From Alkalispirochaeta sp. (GTDB taxonomy: Bacteria > Spirochaetota > Spirochaetia > DSM-27196 > Alkalispirochaetaceae), in NCBI GenBank assembly GCA_965601925.1, contig OZ271854.1, forward strand, positions 4,704,001-4,768,000: a stretch of DNA of 64,000 nucleotides. Direction: 5' to 3'. The position numbers and the translations under genes were made by a program. Below are positions 19,513 through 31,735 of this stretch, piece after piece (the stretch's first letter is position 1; every line of letters starts with the position of its first letter). Below the pieces are notes generated by a model, which was given only the letters and a program-made list of their open reading frames with translations, was not told where the DNA came from and did not search any database.

Positions 19513-19540
19513 ACGGGAGGGCTTCGCCCTCCCGTTTTTT
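19513..19540 (+). terminator. Intra-operon hairpin/terminator between pstS and pstC
   Basis: ACGGGAGGGC-ttc-GCCCTCCCGT followed by a T-run. Confidence 0.75.
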
Positions 19541-19556
19541 GCAGGCGGAGGTTTTC

Positions 19557-20498
19557 ATGTCAGATACGACGCAGACAGTAACTCCCACAAAACCCAAGAT
19601 CGACTTCTCTCGACGTCGCAGGCCGCACGAGCAGATCATTCAGGCGTTTCTCTTTCTATGCGCCGCGATATCGATATTCGTGACCGTCGGGATCGTATTC
19701 GAGCTGGCGCAGGACTCACTCCTCTTTTTTCGCGATCCGCAAGTCACTTTTTGGGAGTTTATTACCGGAACGGAATGGCAACCGGTGATCGGACAATTCG
19801 GCATCTGGCCGCTTCTCTCGGCGACGATGATGACGAGTACCATAGCGATGTTGGTTGCCTTTCCGCTCGGCCTTATGGTCGCGATTTATCTCAGCGAGTA
19901 CGCCTCCGAACGCGTACGCGGCGTGCTCAAGCCGATCTTAGAGGTACTCGCCGGAATTCCGACGGTCGTATACGGCTACTTCGCGGTGACATTTATGACG
20001 CCGCTCCTTCAAAGCATCTTCGGCCGCGACGTCGTAGACGTATATAACACCGCTTCGGCCGGTATCGTCATGGGGATTCTCATATTGCCGTTAATCTCCT
20101 CCATGACCGAGGACGCTCTGAGCTCGGTACCGCGGAGCCTTAGAGCTGCGGCATTCGCACTCGGAGCGACTAAAATGGAGACCTCGATGCAAATCGTCGT
20201 GCCGGCCGCCTTCTCCGGCCTCGCCGCGGCGTTTATCGTCGCCCTTTCGCGTGCCGTCGGTGAGACGATGATCGTCGCGCTCGCCGCCGGAGCCGGCCCC
20301 AACTTGACCGCCAACCCATTCGAGGGCGCCGAGACGCTTACCGGGTACATCGTGCGCATCAGCGGCGGAGATATCAGCTACAACTCCGTCGACTACAATA
20401 GCATTTTCGCCCTCGGGCTGGTGCTTTTTACCATCACGTTGACCCTCAACATCATCAGTCGCCGCATCGTCGAGAAGTATCGGGAGGTGTATGAATGA
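19557..20498 (+). CDS. pstC: Phosphate ABC transporter permease PstC
   Basis: AIYLSEYA, LAGIPTVVYG, ALGATKME, SRAVGETM. Confidence 0.95.
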   Translation: MSDTTQTVTPTKPKIDFSRRRRPHEQIIQAFLFLCAAISIFVTVGIVFELAQDSLLFFRDPQVTFWEFITGTEWQPVIGQFGIWPLLSATMMTSTIAMLVAFPLGLMVAIYLSEYASERVRGVLKPILEVLAGIPTVVYGYFAVTFMTPLLQSIFGRDVVDVYNTASAGIVMGILILPLISSMTEDALSSVPRSLRAAAFALGATKMETSMQIVVPAAFSGLAAAFIVALSRAVGETMIVALAAGAGPNLTANPFEGAETLTGYIVRISGGDISYNSVDYNSIFALGLVLFTITLTLNIISRRIVEKYREVYE

Positions 20499-21757
20499 GC
20501 ACGATCCAGACCCGACACATCACCCACAAACACGACGAAATCATGGCGAACATCATGCGTCGCCGCCGTTCCGGACAGGTATGGCACGTCGCCTTCTACG
20601 TGGCGACAACCATTGCGATTCTCATGTTGATCGTCTTGCTCTTGAACATATTCAACAGCGTCTTCGGTTTTGTGCTCATCGAGAATGAGGTTCAGCCCGA
20701 AACACTCGTGGCGAGCGGCAACCTCGAGGATCTGAGTGCCGAGGAACTGGTGGCCATTTTGGAGACGAATCTCTCGGCGGGACTGATCAGACGCTTCAAC
20801 TTCGAGGATCCCCTCGCTGAACGGAGCGTCTCCGATCTCGCCGAACTCGTCCAGGAGCGGATCGTGAACCCGACGATCATCGAGGCGTGGTCGCTCGGAG
20901 AGTCCCTGTTCAGCCAAGACGCAATTCGCGCGGATCACGCGGAGTACCCCGACGCCGTCCTGCGCTTTCGCAGTTGGCTGAATCCGCATTTTCTCATCTC
21001 GGCCCAGAATCCGCGCCCGCAATTCGCGGGAATCCGGACCGCCTTTCTCGGTTCTCTTTGGATGATTCTGATCGTTATCGTCGTGTCGTTTCCGATCGGG
21101 GTGGCGGCGGCAATCTATCTCGAAGAATATGCCCGCGCCGACCGGTGGTATAACCGGATTATCGAGGTCAATATCTACAACCTCGCCGGTGTGCCGTCGA
21201 TCATCTTCGGTCTGTTGGGGCTTGCGGTGTTCGTTCGCGGTCTCGAGCCCTTTACCAGCGGCGCCATGTTCGGCATCGGCGATCCGACGACCGCGAACGG
21301 GCGTACGATCGTCTCCGCGGGCTTCACGCTGTCGCTGTTGATCCTACCGATTATCATCATCAACTCCCGCGAGGCGATTCGTGCGGTGCCGGGGAGCCTC
21401 AGAGAGTCGAGTTACGGCTTGGGCGCCACCAAATGGGAGACGATCTGGCACCACGTGTTGCCCGCCTCATTCGATCGCATTCTTACCGGAACGATTCTCG
21501 CGATCTCCCGGGCCGTGGGCGAGACGGCGCCGATCGTCGTAGTGGGGGCATCGACCTTCATTACCGTGGACCCGCGCACGCTCTTTTCCCGATTCACCAC
21601 GTTGCCGATTCAAATCTATCAATGGTCGGCGCGCCCCCAAAGCCAGTTCCGCAACGTCGCCGCGGCGGCCATCATCGTGCTGCTCGTTTTGATGCTATCG
21701 ATGAATGCGACGGCAATCATCATGCGCAATCGCATTTCCAAAAAGAGGAGAATCTGA
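20495..21757 (+). CDS. pstA: Phosphate ABC transporter permease PstA
   Basis: AIYLEEYA, LAGVPSIIFG, LGATKWET, RAVGETAP, TTLPIQIY. Confidence 0.95.
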   Translation: MSTIQTRHITHKHDEIMANIMRRRRSGQVWHVAFYVATTIAILMLIVLLLNIFNSVFGFVLIENEVQPETLVASGNLEDLSAEELVAILETNLSAGLIRRFNFEDPLAERSVSDLAELVQERIVNPTIIEAWSLGESLFSQDAIRADHAEYPDAVLRFRSWLNPHFLISAQNPRPQFAGIRTAFLGSLWMILIVIVVSFPIGVAAAIYLEEYARADRWYNRIIEVNIYNLAGVPSIIFGLLGLAVFVRGLEPFTSGAMFGIGDPTTANGRTIVSAGFTLSLLILPIIIINSREAIRAVPGSLRESSYGLGATKWETIWHHVLPASFDRILTGTILAISRAVGETAPIVVVGASTFITVDPRTLFSRFTTLPIQIYQWSARPQSQFRNVAAAAIIVLLVLMLSMNATAIIMRNRISKKRRI

Positions 21758-21760
21758 CCC

Positions 21761-22516
21761 ATGGACAATACCTTGGCAATGCAAACGAAACAGCTGGACT
21801 TCTTCTACGGAGATTTTCAGGCCCTTCACGAAGTGAACCTAAACTTCATCGAGAACCACGTGACCGCGCTGATCGGCCCGTCGGGATGCGGCAAGAGTAC
21901 GCTTCTACGCTGTCTCAACCGCATGAACGATCTCATCCCCGATACCCGCGCCGTCGGAGAGGTCTTTTTCCGCGATCAGAACGTCTACTCGGAGGATGTC
22001 GACCCGGTTGAGATTCGCCGCCGCGTGGGTATGGTCTTTCAAAAGCCGAACCCCTTTCCCAAGAGCGTGTTCGACAATATCGCATGGGGCGCGAAGATCA
22101 ACGGATACAAGGGCGATCTGGACGAGCTGGTGGAGACGAGTCTCAAAAAATGCGCTCTTTGGGACGAGGTGAAAGACAAGCTCAAACAGAACGCGCTGGA
22201 GCTCTCCGGCGGTCAGCAGCAGCGTCTCTGTATCGCCCGGGCGATCGCGGTAGAACCGGACGTCGTACTGATGGACGAGCCGACCAGCGCGCTCGATCCG
22301 ATCTCGACCGCCAAAATCGAGGACCTGATAACGGAATTGAAAGAGCGTTATACTATCATTATCGTAACGCACAACATGCAGCAGGCCGGACGCGTATCGG
22401 ATCAGACTGCATTCTTTCTTAACGGCTGGATTATAGAGGCCGGCGACACCAAAGACATCTTCTTCAACCCGAAAGAAGAGCGTACCGAGGCGTACATATC
22501 TGGTCGATTCGGCTGA
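21761..22516 (+). CDS. pstB: Phosphate ABC transporter ATPase
   Basis: [43 protein letters not shown]. Confidence 0.97.
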   Translation: MDNTLAMQTKQLDFFYGDFQALHEVNLNFIENHVTALIGPSGCGKSTLLRCLNRMNDLIPDTRAVGEVFFRDQNVYSEDVDPVEIRRRVGMVFQKPNPFPKSVFDNIAWGAKINGYKGDLDELVETSLKKCALWDEVKDKLKQNALELSGGQQQRLCIARAIAVEPDVVLMDEPTSALDPISTAKIEDLITELKERYTIIIVTHNMQQAGRVSDQTAFFLNGWIIEAGDTKDIFFNPKEERTEAYISGRFG

Positions 22517-22533
22517 TACAGGAGGTATAGCCC

Positions 22534-23196
22534 ATGCAACCGCGACAACACTTTTCAGAACAACTCAGAGAGATGTACCAGGAAGTCCTTCAGATGGGGA
22601 CGTTGGTCGAGGAGGCGCTGCAGAAGGCGCTTACCGCAGTCACTAATCGCGACACGGCGCTGGCCGAATCGGTGAAAGAGAACGATCACGCGATCGACAC
22701 ATTGCAGTTCTCCATCGATAAGCGCTGTACGGAGATCATTGCCACCGAGCAGCCCGTCGCAACCGATCTGCGGGAGATCCTGGTCGCCATGAAAATCGCC
22801 TCGGACCTCGAGCGGATCGGCGACCACGCGCGCCATCTGGTCCGCGTCATGGATCAGCTGAGCGACGAGGTCTTTCGCGAAACGATGCCGCAATTTCGCA
22901 GGATGACCGAACAGGGCATCGAGATGGTACACGACTCGATCACCGCGTACGTGAACCACGACGCCGAGTTGGCTCGAACGGTAGCCCGGCGCGACGACGA
23001 TATCGATATCATGCACCGCGCCTTGTACAAGGAACTTCTCGCCATGATCGCCGCCAACCCCGATCGCGTAGAGACCGGCACTTCGTTGGTCTTTCTCAAC
23101 CGGTTTCTCGAACGTCTGGGCGACCACGTGACCAACATGTGCGAGTGGATCGTGTACACCAAGACCGGCGAGCACGTCGAGCTCAACAAAACGTAA
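22534..23196 (+). CDS. phoU: Phosphate signalling protein PhoU
   Basis: QPVATDLR, DLERIGDHA, LERLGDHVTN. Confidence 0.96.
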   Translation: MQPRQHFSEQLREMYQEVLQMGTLVEEALQKALTAVTNRDTALAESVKENDHAIDTLQFSIDKRCTEIIATEQPVATDLREILVAMKIASDLERIGDHARHLVRVMDQLSDEVFRETMPQFRRMTEQGIEMVHDSITAYVNHDAELARTVARRDDDIDIMHRALYKELLAMIAANPDRVETGTSLVFLNRFLERLGDHVTNMCEWIVYTKTGEHVELNKT

Positions 23197-23202
23197 GGCG
23201 CT

Positions 23203-23892
23203 ATGAGCCGGGATTTGATACTCGTCGTGGACGACGAGGTAGATATCCAGGAACTGATACGGTACAACTTGAAAAAAGAGGGCCTCTCCGTCTACGCAGT
23301 CGGTACCGGCGAGGAGGCCCTTACGGCCGCGGAGGAACTGCGTCCGGGGGCGATCGTGCTGGACCTCATGCTTCCCGGTATGGACGGTGTACAAGTGTGC
23401 AACCGGCTCAAACGGCAGGAATCCACCAAGACCATTCCCGTCGTAATGCTCACCGCAAAGTCCGAGGACGCCGATGTCGTCGCGGGCCTCGAAACGGGAG
23501 CGGATGACTATATCACAAAGCCGTTCAGCCCTCGCGTTTTGGTGGCGCGCCTGAGAGCCGTGCTGCGTCGTACCGAGACCGGTGGGCGTACCGACGAGAG
23601 TCGCCTGTCGGCCCACGGCGTCTTCATGGACCTCAGTAAACACGAGGTGAAATGCGGCGACCGCGAGGTACACCTGTCGGCGACCGAGTTCGCCATTCTC
23701 CAGTTTTTGATGCGTAACCCCGGCTGGGTATTCTCACGCGATAAGATCATCGACGCGGTCCGTGGGAAAGACTATCCGGTGACCGAGCGCTCGGTAGACG
23801 TGCAAATACTCGGACTACGCAAGAAGTTGGACGAGTACGGCTCGCTCATCGAGACGGTACGCGGCGTCGGCTATCGCTTCAAGGCAAAATAG
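23203..23892 (+). CDS. phoB: OmpR-family response regulator PhoB
   Basis: LDLMLPG, GADDYITKPF, RSVDVQI, ETVRGVGYR; pho context. Confidence 0.92.
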   Translation: MSRDLILVVDDEVDIQELIRYNLKKEGLSVYAVGTGEEALTAAEELRPGAIVLDLMLPGMDGVQVCNRLKRQESTKTIPVVMLTAKSEDADVVAGLETGADDYITKPFSPRVLVARLRAVLRRTETGGRTDESRLSAHGVFMDLSKHEVKCGDREVHLSATEFAILQFLMRNPGWVFSRDKIIDAVRGKDYPVTERSVDVQILGLRKKLDEYGSLIETVRGVGYRFKAK

Positions 23893-24213
23893 TGCTGCGC
23901 GTCTCCGATGGCGCACGTGTTAACCGGATCATGGATAGGCGACAACGTCGATCGCTCAGCAGGCCGAGTTGGTTGCGTTCCTCGTACCTGCGGTACGCAA
24001 CCGGCCTGAAGTCGCGCTCGTCGCCGTCACCTACCCGCACGTGATTTCACCCGCGCGCAGCGCCGTTTGATAGATCGTAGGGAGAAGGGGGCCGTCGGTG
24101 CGTTCTCGATGGATTGCGAGGGCGCGGAGGCCGTCCGCCGAGAGTTCTCGGGTCGGGGCTGGCGCACCGGCAGGACAGCGAATACAATACCTCTTCGGTA
24201 GGAACCGCTTCAC

Positions 24214-25965
24214 ATGTCACGCACACTCGTCCGTTATGTCTTCCCGCAGTTCGCCGTACGCCTCGTTGCGGTTGTACTGGTAATGGCCGGCGCGATCTTC
24301 TCCTTTGCTCGCTCATATCGCGCACAGACGCTCCTTAACCACCTCGACCGAGACGTTGTCGTACTCGAATCGGCGCTGAACCTCTACGAAGAGTCGTCCT
24401 CGCCGCGTATGCGACTTTGGCTCGATGGCGTCGCCGACGGTACCGATCTCGATGTCGTCCTCTTTGACGAGGCGGTTCGAACGGTGTACACGAGTAATCA
24501 CGGCGTCTCCTTGTTGGTAGCACCGCTTCTTGAGGAGGCGTTACGCGACGGTGAGCCGATCGTGAACGCGTCGTTCCGTCGCCGGCGGAGCGTGGCGGTC
24601 GTACGTCCCATTCAACTGGCGGGATGGGACGACGTTCGCTATCTATCGGTTGCGAGCACCCGTGAGCGCCTCGAAGACGAAACCACATCGCTCATCGTGT
24701 GGTTTGCCGTAACGATCGTCGCGGGTCTCGGCATCGTACTCCTCGTCAGTTATCGTATCGTCGACGGAATTAACGCCCCCTTGCGCCATCTGCAACTCGC
24801 TGCGACCCGATTCGCCGAAGGCGACTTGGGATATCGATGCTTCTTGCCCGAACCGCTCGAGTTCGCCCGCCTCGCCGAGACGATGAACAGTATGGCTTCC
24901 CAACTCACCGCTCGTATCGAGGCGATCAGGAGCCAACGCAAACAGTTGGAGGCGATTCTCGGGAGTATGGTGGAGGGCGTCGTACTCATCGATGCACAAC
25001 TCAGGGTTCAGTCCATGAACGTCGCGGCGCGGAAGCTCTTCGACGTATCTTCGATCAAAACCGAATTCGGAGAGCCGCGAACGCTCCTGGAGGTAATCCG
25101 CAACAGCGATATCTACAACTTCATTCGCCACACGATGGAGACCGGGACCAGCCAGGAGCACAACGTCGTGATCTATACGAATCCGCCGCGGTACATGCAG
25201 ATTCACGGAACGGTAGTAACGATCGAGGAGGAGCGCGGCGTACTGGTCGTGCTCAACGATATCACTCGGCTCCAGGAGCTCGAAACGGTGCGCAAGGAGT
25301 TCGTAGCGAACGTCTCCCATGAACTCAAAACGCCCATCACATCGATCCTCGGCTTTGTCGAAACGCTCGTCGACGGCGCGTTGGACGAACCGGAGGAGGC
25401 GATGCGATTTCTGGAAATCATCACCAAACAGGCCCACAGACTCAGTGCGATAATCGAAGACTTGCTGCAACTCTCGCGCTTAGAGCAGGGCAAAGAATCG
25501 ATCGCCACGGAGCGAGTTCGCGCAGAGGACATCGTCGCGGCGCTCCGCAGGACCATGCAGAGCCGGGCCGATGAAAAGTCGATCGCTCTACGCGACCACT
25601 ATCGAGGATCGACGGAGATAGCGGTCAACGCCAGCCTCATCGAGCAAGCTCTCACGAACTTGGTTGACAATGCGATTAAGTACAGTCAGTCCGGAGCGGT
25701 AGTCGATATCACCTTCGCAAATCGATCACGGCAGCTACTCATCACCGTAGCCGACAACGGGCCGGGAATCCCGGAATCCGATCAACCGCGCCTTTTCGAA
25801 CGTTTTTTTCGGGTGGACAAAGCGCGTAGTCGTACCCTCGGCGGAACGGGATTGGGATTGGCAATCGTAAAACACATCGTTCAGGCACACGGTGGAACCG
25901 TGTCGGTAGAGAGCGCGCCCAACCGCGGGGCGCGTTTTCTTCTCGACATACCGCAACCGGAATGA
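24214..25965 (+). CDS. phoR: Sensor histidine kinase PhoR (TM-HAMP-PAS-HisKA-HATPase)
   Basis: FVANVSHELKTP, NLVDNAIKY, FERFFRVDKARSR..GGTGLGL. Confidence 0.92.
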   Translation: MSRTLVRYVFPQFAVRLVAVVLVMAGAIFSFARSYRAQTLLNHLDRDVVVLESALNLYEESSSPRMRLWLDGVADGTDLDVVLFDEAVRTVYTSNHGVSLLVAPLLEEALRDGEPIVNASFRRRRSVAVVRPIQLAGWDDVRYLSVASTRERLEDETTSLIVWFAVTIVAGLGIVLLVSYRIVDGINAPLRHLQLAATRFAEGDLGYRCFLPEPLEFARLAETMNSMASQLTARIEAIRSQRKQLEAILGSMVEGVVLIDAQLRVQSMNVAARKLFDVSSIKTEFGEPRTLLEVIRNSDIYNFIRHTMETGTSQEHNVVIYTNPPRYMQIHGTVVTIEEERGVLVVLNDITRLQELETVRKEFVANVSHELKTPITSILGFVETLVDGALDEPEEAMRFLEIITKQAHRLSAIIEDLLQLSRLEQGKESIATERVRAEDIVAALRRTMQSRADEKSIALRDHYRGSTEIAVNASLIEQALTNLVDNAIKYSQSGAVVDITFANRSRQLLITVADNGPGIPESDQPRLFERFFRVDKARSRTLGGTGLGLAIVKHIVQAHGGTVSVESAPNRGARFLLDIPQPE

Positions 25966-26026
25966 CCCGTCGCGGGTATACAACGCGCGTTCGTATCCCA
26001 ACCGGTCGCGCGCGCTCGGGACCGAC

Positions 26027-26704
26027 TCAGCTCTTTCTGTCGGGAAGGAGCTTGCTCAACAGCCCGGCAAATCCGCGTAGATTGCGCGATTGGATCCAGA
26101 TACGTCCCGGCCCCTGGAACTCCGCGACGAGTCCTTCGCCGGACGTTACCGTACTGAACAACCCTTTGCTCGCCGTTTTCAAACGGTAGGTCACCGACTC
26201 CTCAAAGGCGAGCATGTGACCGGTGTCGACGATATAGGTCTCGCCCGAACCGAGATCGCGCGTAAAAATCGCTCCGTAGCACGAAAGAAAGAGCGGTCCC
26301 GTTCCGGATACGGTCTGGAGAAAGAGCCCCTCGCCGGAGAACATCGCCTTGAGCGAGCCCTTGGTACCGAGCTCCAACTCGGAAGCGCCGGCCAGATATG
26401 CACCGCTTTGCGCGTAGACCGTCTGATTCTGGAGCGCGAACTCCACAACATCCCCCGGCACGGCCGGTGCGAGGACGACTTCACCGGGACCTCCGGCGGC
26501 GGTAAACTGACTTGCGAAGATCCCCTCGCCTCCGACCGCCGCACGCAAGATTCCTCCGAGCCCCTTGCCCTGCGTCTTGGCCTCCAACTCGACGGTCGGG
26601 CTCATCGAGACCATTGAACCCGCCTCGGCACGGAAGTGCTCCCCTTGATTCAAGGCCACGGTGAGCGTTGTGAACATCGGTCTGTTGTCAATCGTCGTTT
26701 GCAT
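26027..26704 (-). CDS. AIM24/TIGR00266 family protein
   Basis: AEAGSMV, GGEGIF, SGEGLF, VDTGH..AF, GPGRIWIQSR. Confidence 0.88.
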   Translation of the reverse strand: MQTTIDNRPMFTTLTVALNQGEHFRAEAGSMVSMSPTVELEAKTQGKGLGGILRAAVGGEGIFASQFTAAGGPGEVVLAPAVPGDVVEFALQNQTVYAQSGAYLAGASELELGTKGSLKAMFSGEGLFLQTVSGTGPLFLSCYGAIFTRDLGSGETYIVDTGHMLAFEESVTYRLKTASKGLFSTVTSGEGLVAEFQGPGRIWIQSRNLRGFAGLLSKLLPDRKS

Positions 26705-26782
26705 ATCGGTTCCTCCTCATTGTCCAAGTGTATACGATTCATGACCGCCGGTGCATTCTGCGAAACGGGCGATAGCCGACCG

Positions 26783-28105
26783 TTATGTTAATCCCAAAAC
26801 GCGCAAAAGAATCTGTACCGCGCCGATTGCGGCCCCAAGCAGTGCACCGAAGAGATTGATCCACGTGAGATGACGTTTGACGATGATGAGAATCAACGCT
26901 TCGACGCGTTCGATATCCAACTCGTTGATGCGGTTCACCACCACGCGGTAGACATCAAGCTGCTCGACGAAGGCGCTCGCGGCCGTCGCCAGTACGCTAC
27001 GCACCCTCTGGGCGCCCCACCGGCCGATCGACGCCCTGCGGCTCTTAAGCTCCGGGAAGAGGTCCGCCAACGGCACGGCGGCGTTGCGGTCGAGAGAACT
27101 CCTCACGGTATCGAAGCCGCGGCGGACCAACCGACGACACTCCTCGCCGTCGCCGCGAGCGCGTAGGAACGACCGCAACGCCCCCTCGACCGCTTCCCGA
27201 TTCGATATGACGCCGGCGATCAACTCGCGCAGCCGGGCCGAACCGTCGGCCCCCACGAGCTCCGCAAGCGTTCGCTCTCGTCTTACGTCGATCCAGCTGA
27301 ACACCGCATCCGCGATGCGAGATTGCATCGCCGGTTCGTCGAGGGTGAGAGATATCTCATCGGTAATCCGCGCGACGATCGCCGGTATTCGCGCCTCCAA
27401 CTGACGATCGTACTGCGCAGCGGAGACGAACAATCGCTGTAACGAGGAAAGCTGATCGAGTGAGTATGTGAGAACGCGCCGAGCCCGAAAATGAAGCTCT
27501 CCTTGAACGGTCGATGAACGCAGCACCTTCTCCGCTTCGCCACGAAGGTGGGGCCATGCGATCTCGAAGAGGGTATCCACACGGCCTTTGTCGACCGCGT
27601 GTAGTATCCTACGCTCCTGAACGGCGCCGACGAGCCACTGCGCGATATCGCGGGCGTTCTCGATCAGCACATCGCCGATAATCGATGATAACGGGAAATC
27701 GTCGGCATCACCCTCGCAGAAACGCCGTTCCATATACGATTGTGCAGCACGTAACGCCTCATCGATAAGCGCGCGTGATCTGAGCTCCTCCACCCGTATC
27801 GTACCGAGCCGATCGACGAAGGAGACGATCGCGCGGGCGAGGGTTCGTCCGAACTCACCGCTTTCGAAACGCTGAGAAAAGACCTCGGACGTAAGAAGCT
27901 CCGTGGATACCATACGACCGATGCGCTCGGCGAGTTCTTCCCGTTGCCTTGGAATGACGCCGGGTGTGAATGGAACGCGCACACCGAAAACACGCCACGG
28001 CCTCAGGGGGCGAAACAACATTCGTATGGCGAGCGCGTTTGTCAGATATCCTATGACCGCACCGAGCAGGGGCGGCAGTATCCACGGCAGGACAAGAGAC
28101 GGCAC
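26783..28105 (-). CDS. DUF445 family membrane protein
   Basis: GAVIGYLTNALAIRMLFRP...PGVIP and C-terminal INLFGALLG. Confidence 0.88.
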   Translation of the reverse strand: MPSLVLPWILPPLLGAVIGYLTNALAIRMLFRPLRPWRVFGVRVPFTPGVIPRQREELAERIGRMVSTELLTSEVFSQRFESGEFGRTLARAIVSFVDRLGTIRVEELRSRALIDEALRAAQSYMERRFCEGDADDFPLSSIIGDVLIENARDIAQWLVGAVQERRILHAVDKGRVDTLFEIAWPHLRGEAEKVLRSSTVQGELHFRARRVLTYSLDQLSSLQRLFVSAAQYDRQLEARIPAIVARITDEISLTLDEPAMQSRIADAVFSWIDVRRERTLAELVGADGSARLRELIAGVISNREAVEGALRSFLRARGDGEECRRLVRRGFDTVRSSLDRNAAVPLADLFPELKSRRASIGRWGAQRVRSVLATAASAFVEQLDVYRVVVNRINELDIERVEALILIIVKRHLTWINLFGALLGAAIGAVQILLRVLGLT

Positions 28106-28123
28106 AGAACGACCCGGCCGGCG

Positions 28124-28503
28124 TTACCGCGTTCGAGCGTGTCGAGCGTTGAGCGCCTGCTCGCGGCTTGAGAAGAGCACGAGGTCTTCCATGACGATCC
28201 ATCCCCGCATGTCGGGCGCATCGACTTCGACCCAACGAAGATTCGCGGTACGCCCCACCACCCGCAACACATCGCCTCTCCGGCCATGGGAGAGTATTAC
28301 GGCGTCCCGATCGGGACGGTCGAACAGACGCGTATACTCGGCCTCGACAAGGGCGTAACTCCCGCGCCCCGACAGCACCGGTGTCTCGGGCAACGTTAAC
28401 GATGGGGTTCGATCGCTACACGCACCGAGAAAGGCAACCGCACCCAAGACGATGCACAATCCGACGATTCGTCGCCTACGGTATACAGAGACGTTGTCGA
28501 GCA

Positions 28504-28507
<4 letters not shown>
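28124..28507 (-). CDS. Putative lipoprotein with SH3-like domain
   Basis: FLGAC lipobox-like motif, RRGDVLRV...GWI. Confidence 0.65.
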
Positions 28508-30486
<1,979 letters not shown>

Positions 30487-30489
30487 ACC

Positions 30490-31686
30490 TTAGTCCCATT
30501 GGAAACGTGTCGGACGCTCGCTGAGTACGATTTCGGCTTCCAAACGCCGACGTCCCCGGATGTACTCGATGGAGACCGTCTCCCCGGGACGATTGTCTTC
30601 GAGCGCCTCGTACAGGTTCGCGATCGACGAGACCGCCATCCCGTCGACAGCCGTAATGATGTCGCCCCCGAGGTAAATCACCGTGCGTCCGTAGCGCACT
30701 GCGTCGTCACGATCGCCGCCGCGCAAACCGACCTCCGCCGCATTTCCTCCCGGAACGACTTCACTGATCAATAGCCCCTCTTCCACCGGCATGCGCGCGT
30801 ATTGGACGAGACGGGGAAAGAGCTGCCGCGGTATCACGTCGATCCAGCCGCGCTGTACGACACCGAACTCGATCAGATCGGGTATCACTCGTCGCGCGGT
30901 ATTCACCGGAACGGCGAATCCGATCCCGACCGAACCGCCGCTGGGCGAAAAGATCATCGTGTTAATTCCGATCATCTCGCCTTGGGAGTTGAGTAGCGGG
31001 CCCCCGGAGTTCCCGGGATTGATCGACGCGTCGGTCTGGATCATATCCCGAATGACCAGATCGTTGCGCGCCCGGATCGGTCGTCCCAGACCGCTCACGA
31101 TACCGATGGTAAGTGTGCGATCGAGTCCGAACGGGTTGCCGATCGCCATGACCCGTTGGCCGATCCTCAACGATTCGGACTCTCCCATGGGAACCGTCTC
31201 GAGTCGTCGCCCTTCGGGATCAAACCGAACAACGGCCAGATCGTTCTCCGCGTCCTGACCGACGACCTCACCGTCGAGACGCTCGCCGTCGGCGAGCGTC
31301 ACGTATACGCGGGCGGCACTCTCGACTACATGGTTGTTGGTCAGCACATATCCGCGCTCGTCAATGATAGAGCCCGATCCCGAAGTACCTTCGCGAGGAA
31401 TCGGCTCGAGAAACCAGTTGTACGCCACCGTTTCGGTATTGATGTTCACCACGGCGCGGTTACGCTCCTCGTAGATCCTGATCGTATCGCGCTCGTCGTC
31501 GGCAAGGGACACCGAACGGGGGATAAGCACATCCTCGTCGCCGTCGGTGTCGGACAACAGCTCGATGTCGTCTCCGTCGGCGGGCGAAGACTCTGCGGTA
31601 CGTTCCCACCGGCGACCGCCGAACCACCCTACCGCAACGGCAAGAAGGATAATCAATATGGGACGAATATGGCGAAACGAGTTCAT
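30490..31686 (-). CDS. htrA: HtrA/DegP-family serine protease with PDZ domain
   Basis: N-terminal TM, TNNHV, DLAV, QTDASINPGNSGGPL, PDZ; start set at ATG 31686. Confidence 0.93.
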   Translation of the reverse strand: MNSFRHIRPILIILLAVAVGWFGGRRWERTAESSPADGDDIELLSDTDGDEDVLIPRSVSLADDERDTIRIYEERNRAVVNINTETVAYNWFLEPIPREGTSGSGSIIDERGYVLTNNHVVESAARVYVTLADGERLDGEVVGQDAENDLAVVRFDPEGRRLETVPMGESESLRIGQRVMAIGNPFGLDRTLTIGIVSGLGRPIRARNDLVIRDMIQTDASINPGNSGGPLLNSQGEMIGINTMIFSPSGGSVGIGFAVPVNTARRVIPDLIEFGVVQRGWIDVIPRQLFPRLVQYARMPVEEGLLISEVVPGGNAAEVGLRGGDRDDAVRYGRTVIYLGGDIITAVDGMAVSSIANLYEALEDNRPGETVSIEYIRGRRRLEAEIVLSERPTRFQWD

Positions 31687-31735
31687 GTACGTTGAGTATA
31701 CGGAGATGACCGTCGCACCGCCAAGAGATGGTACG

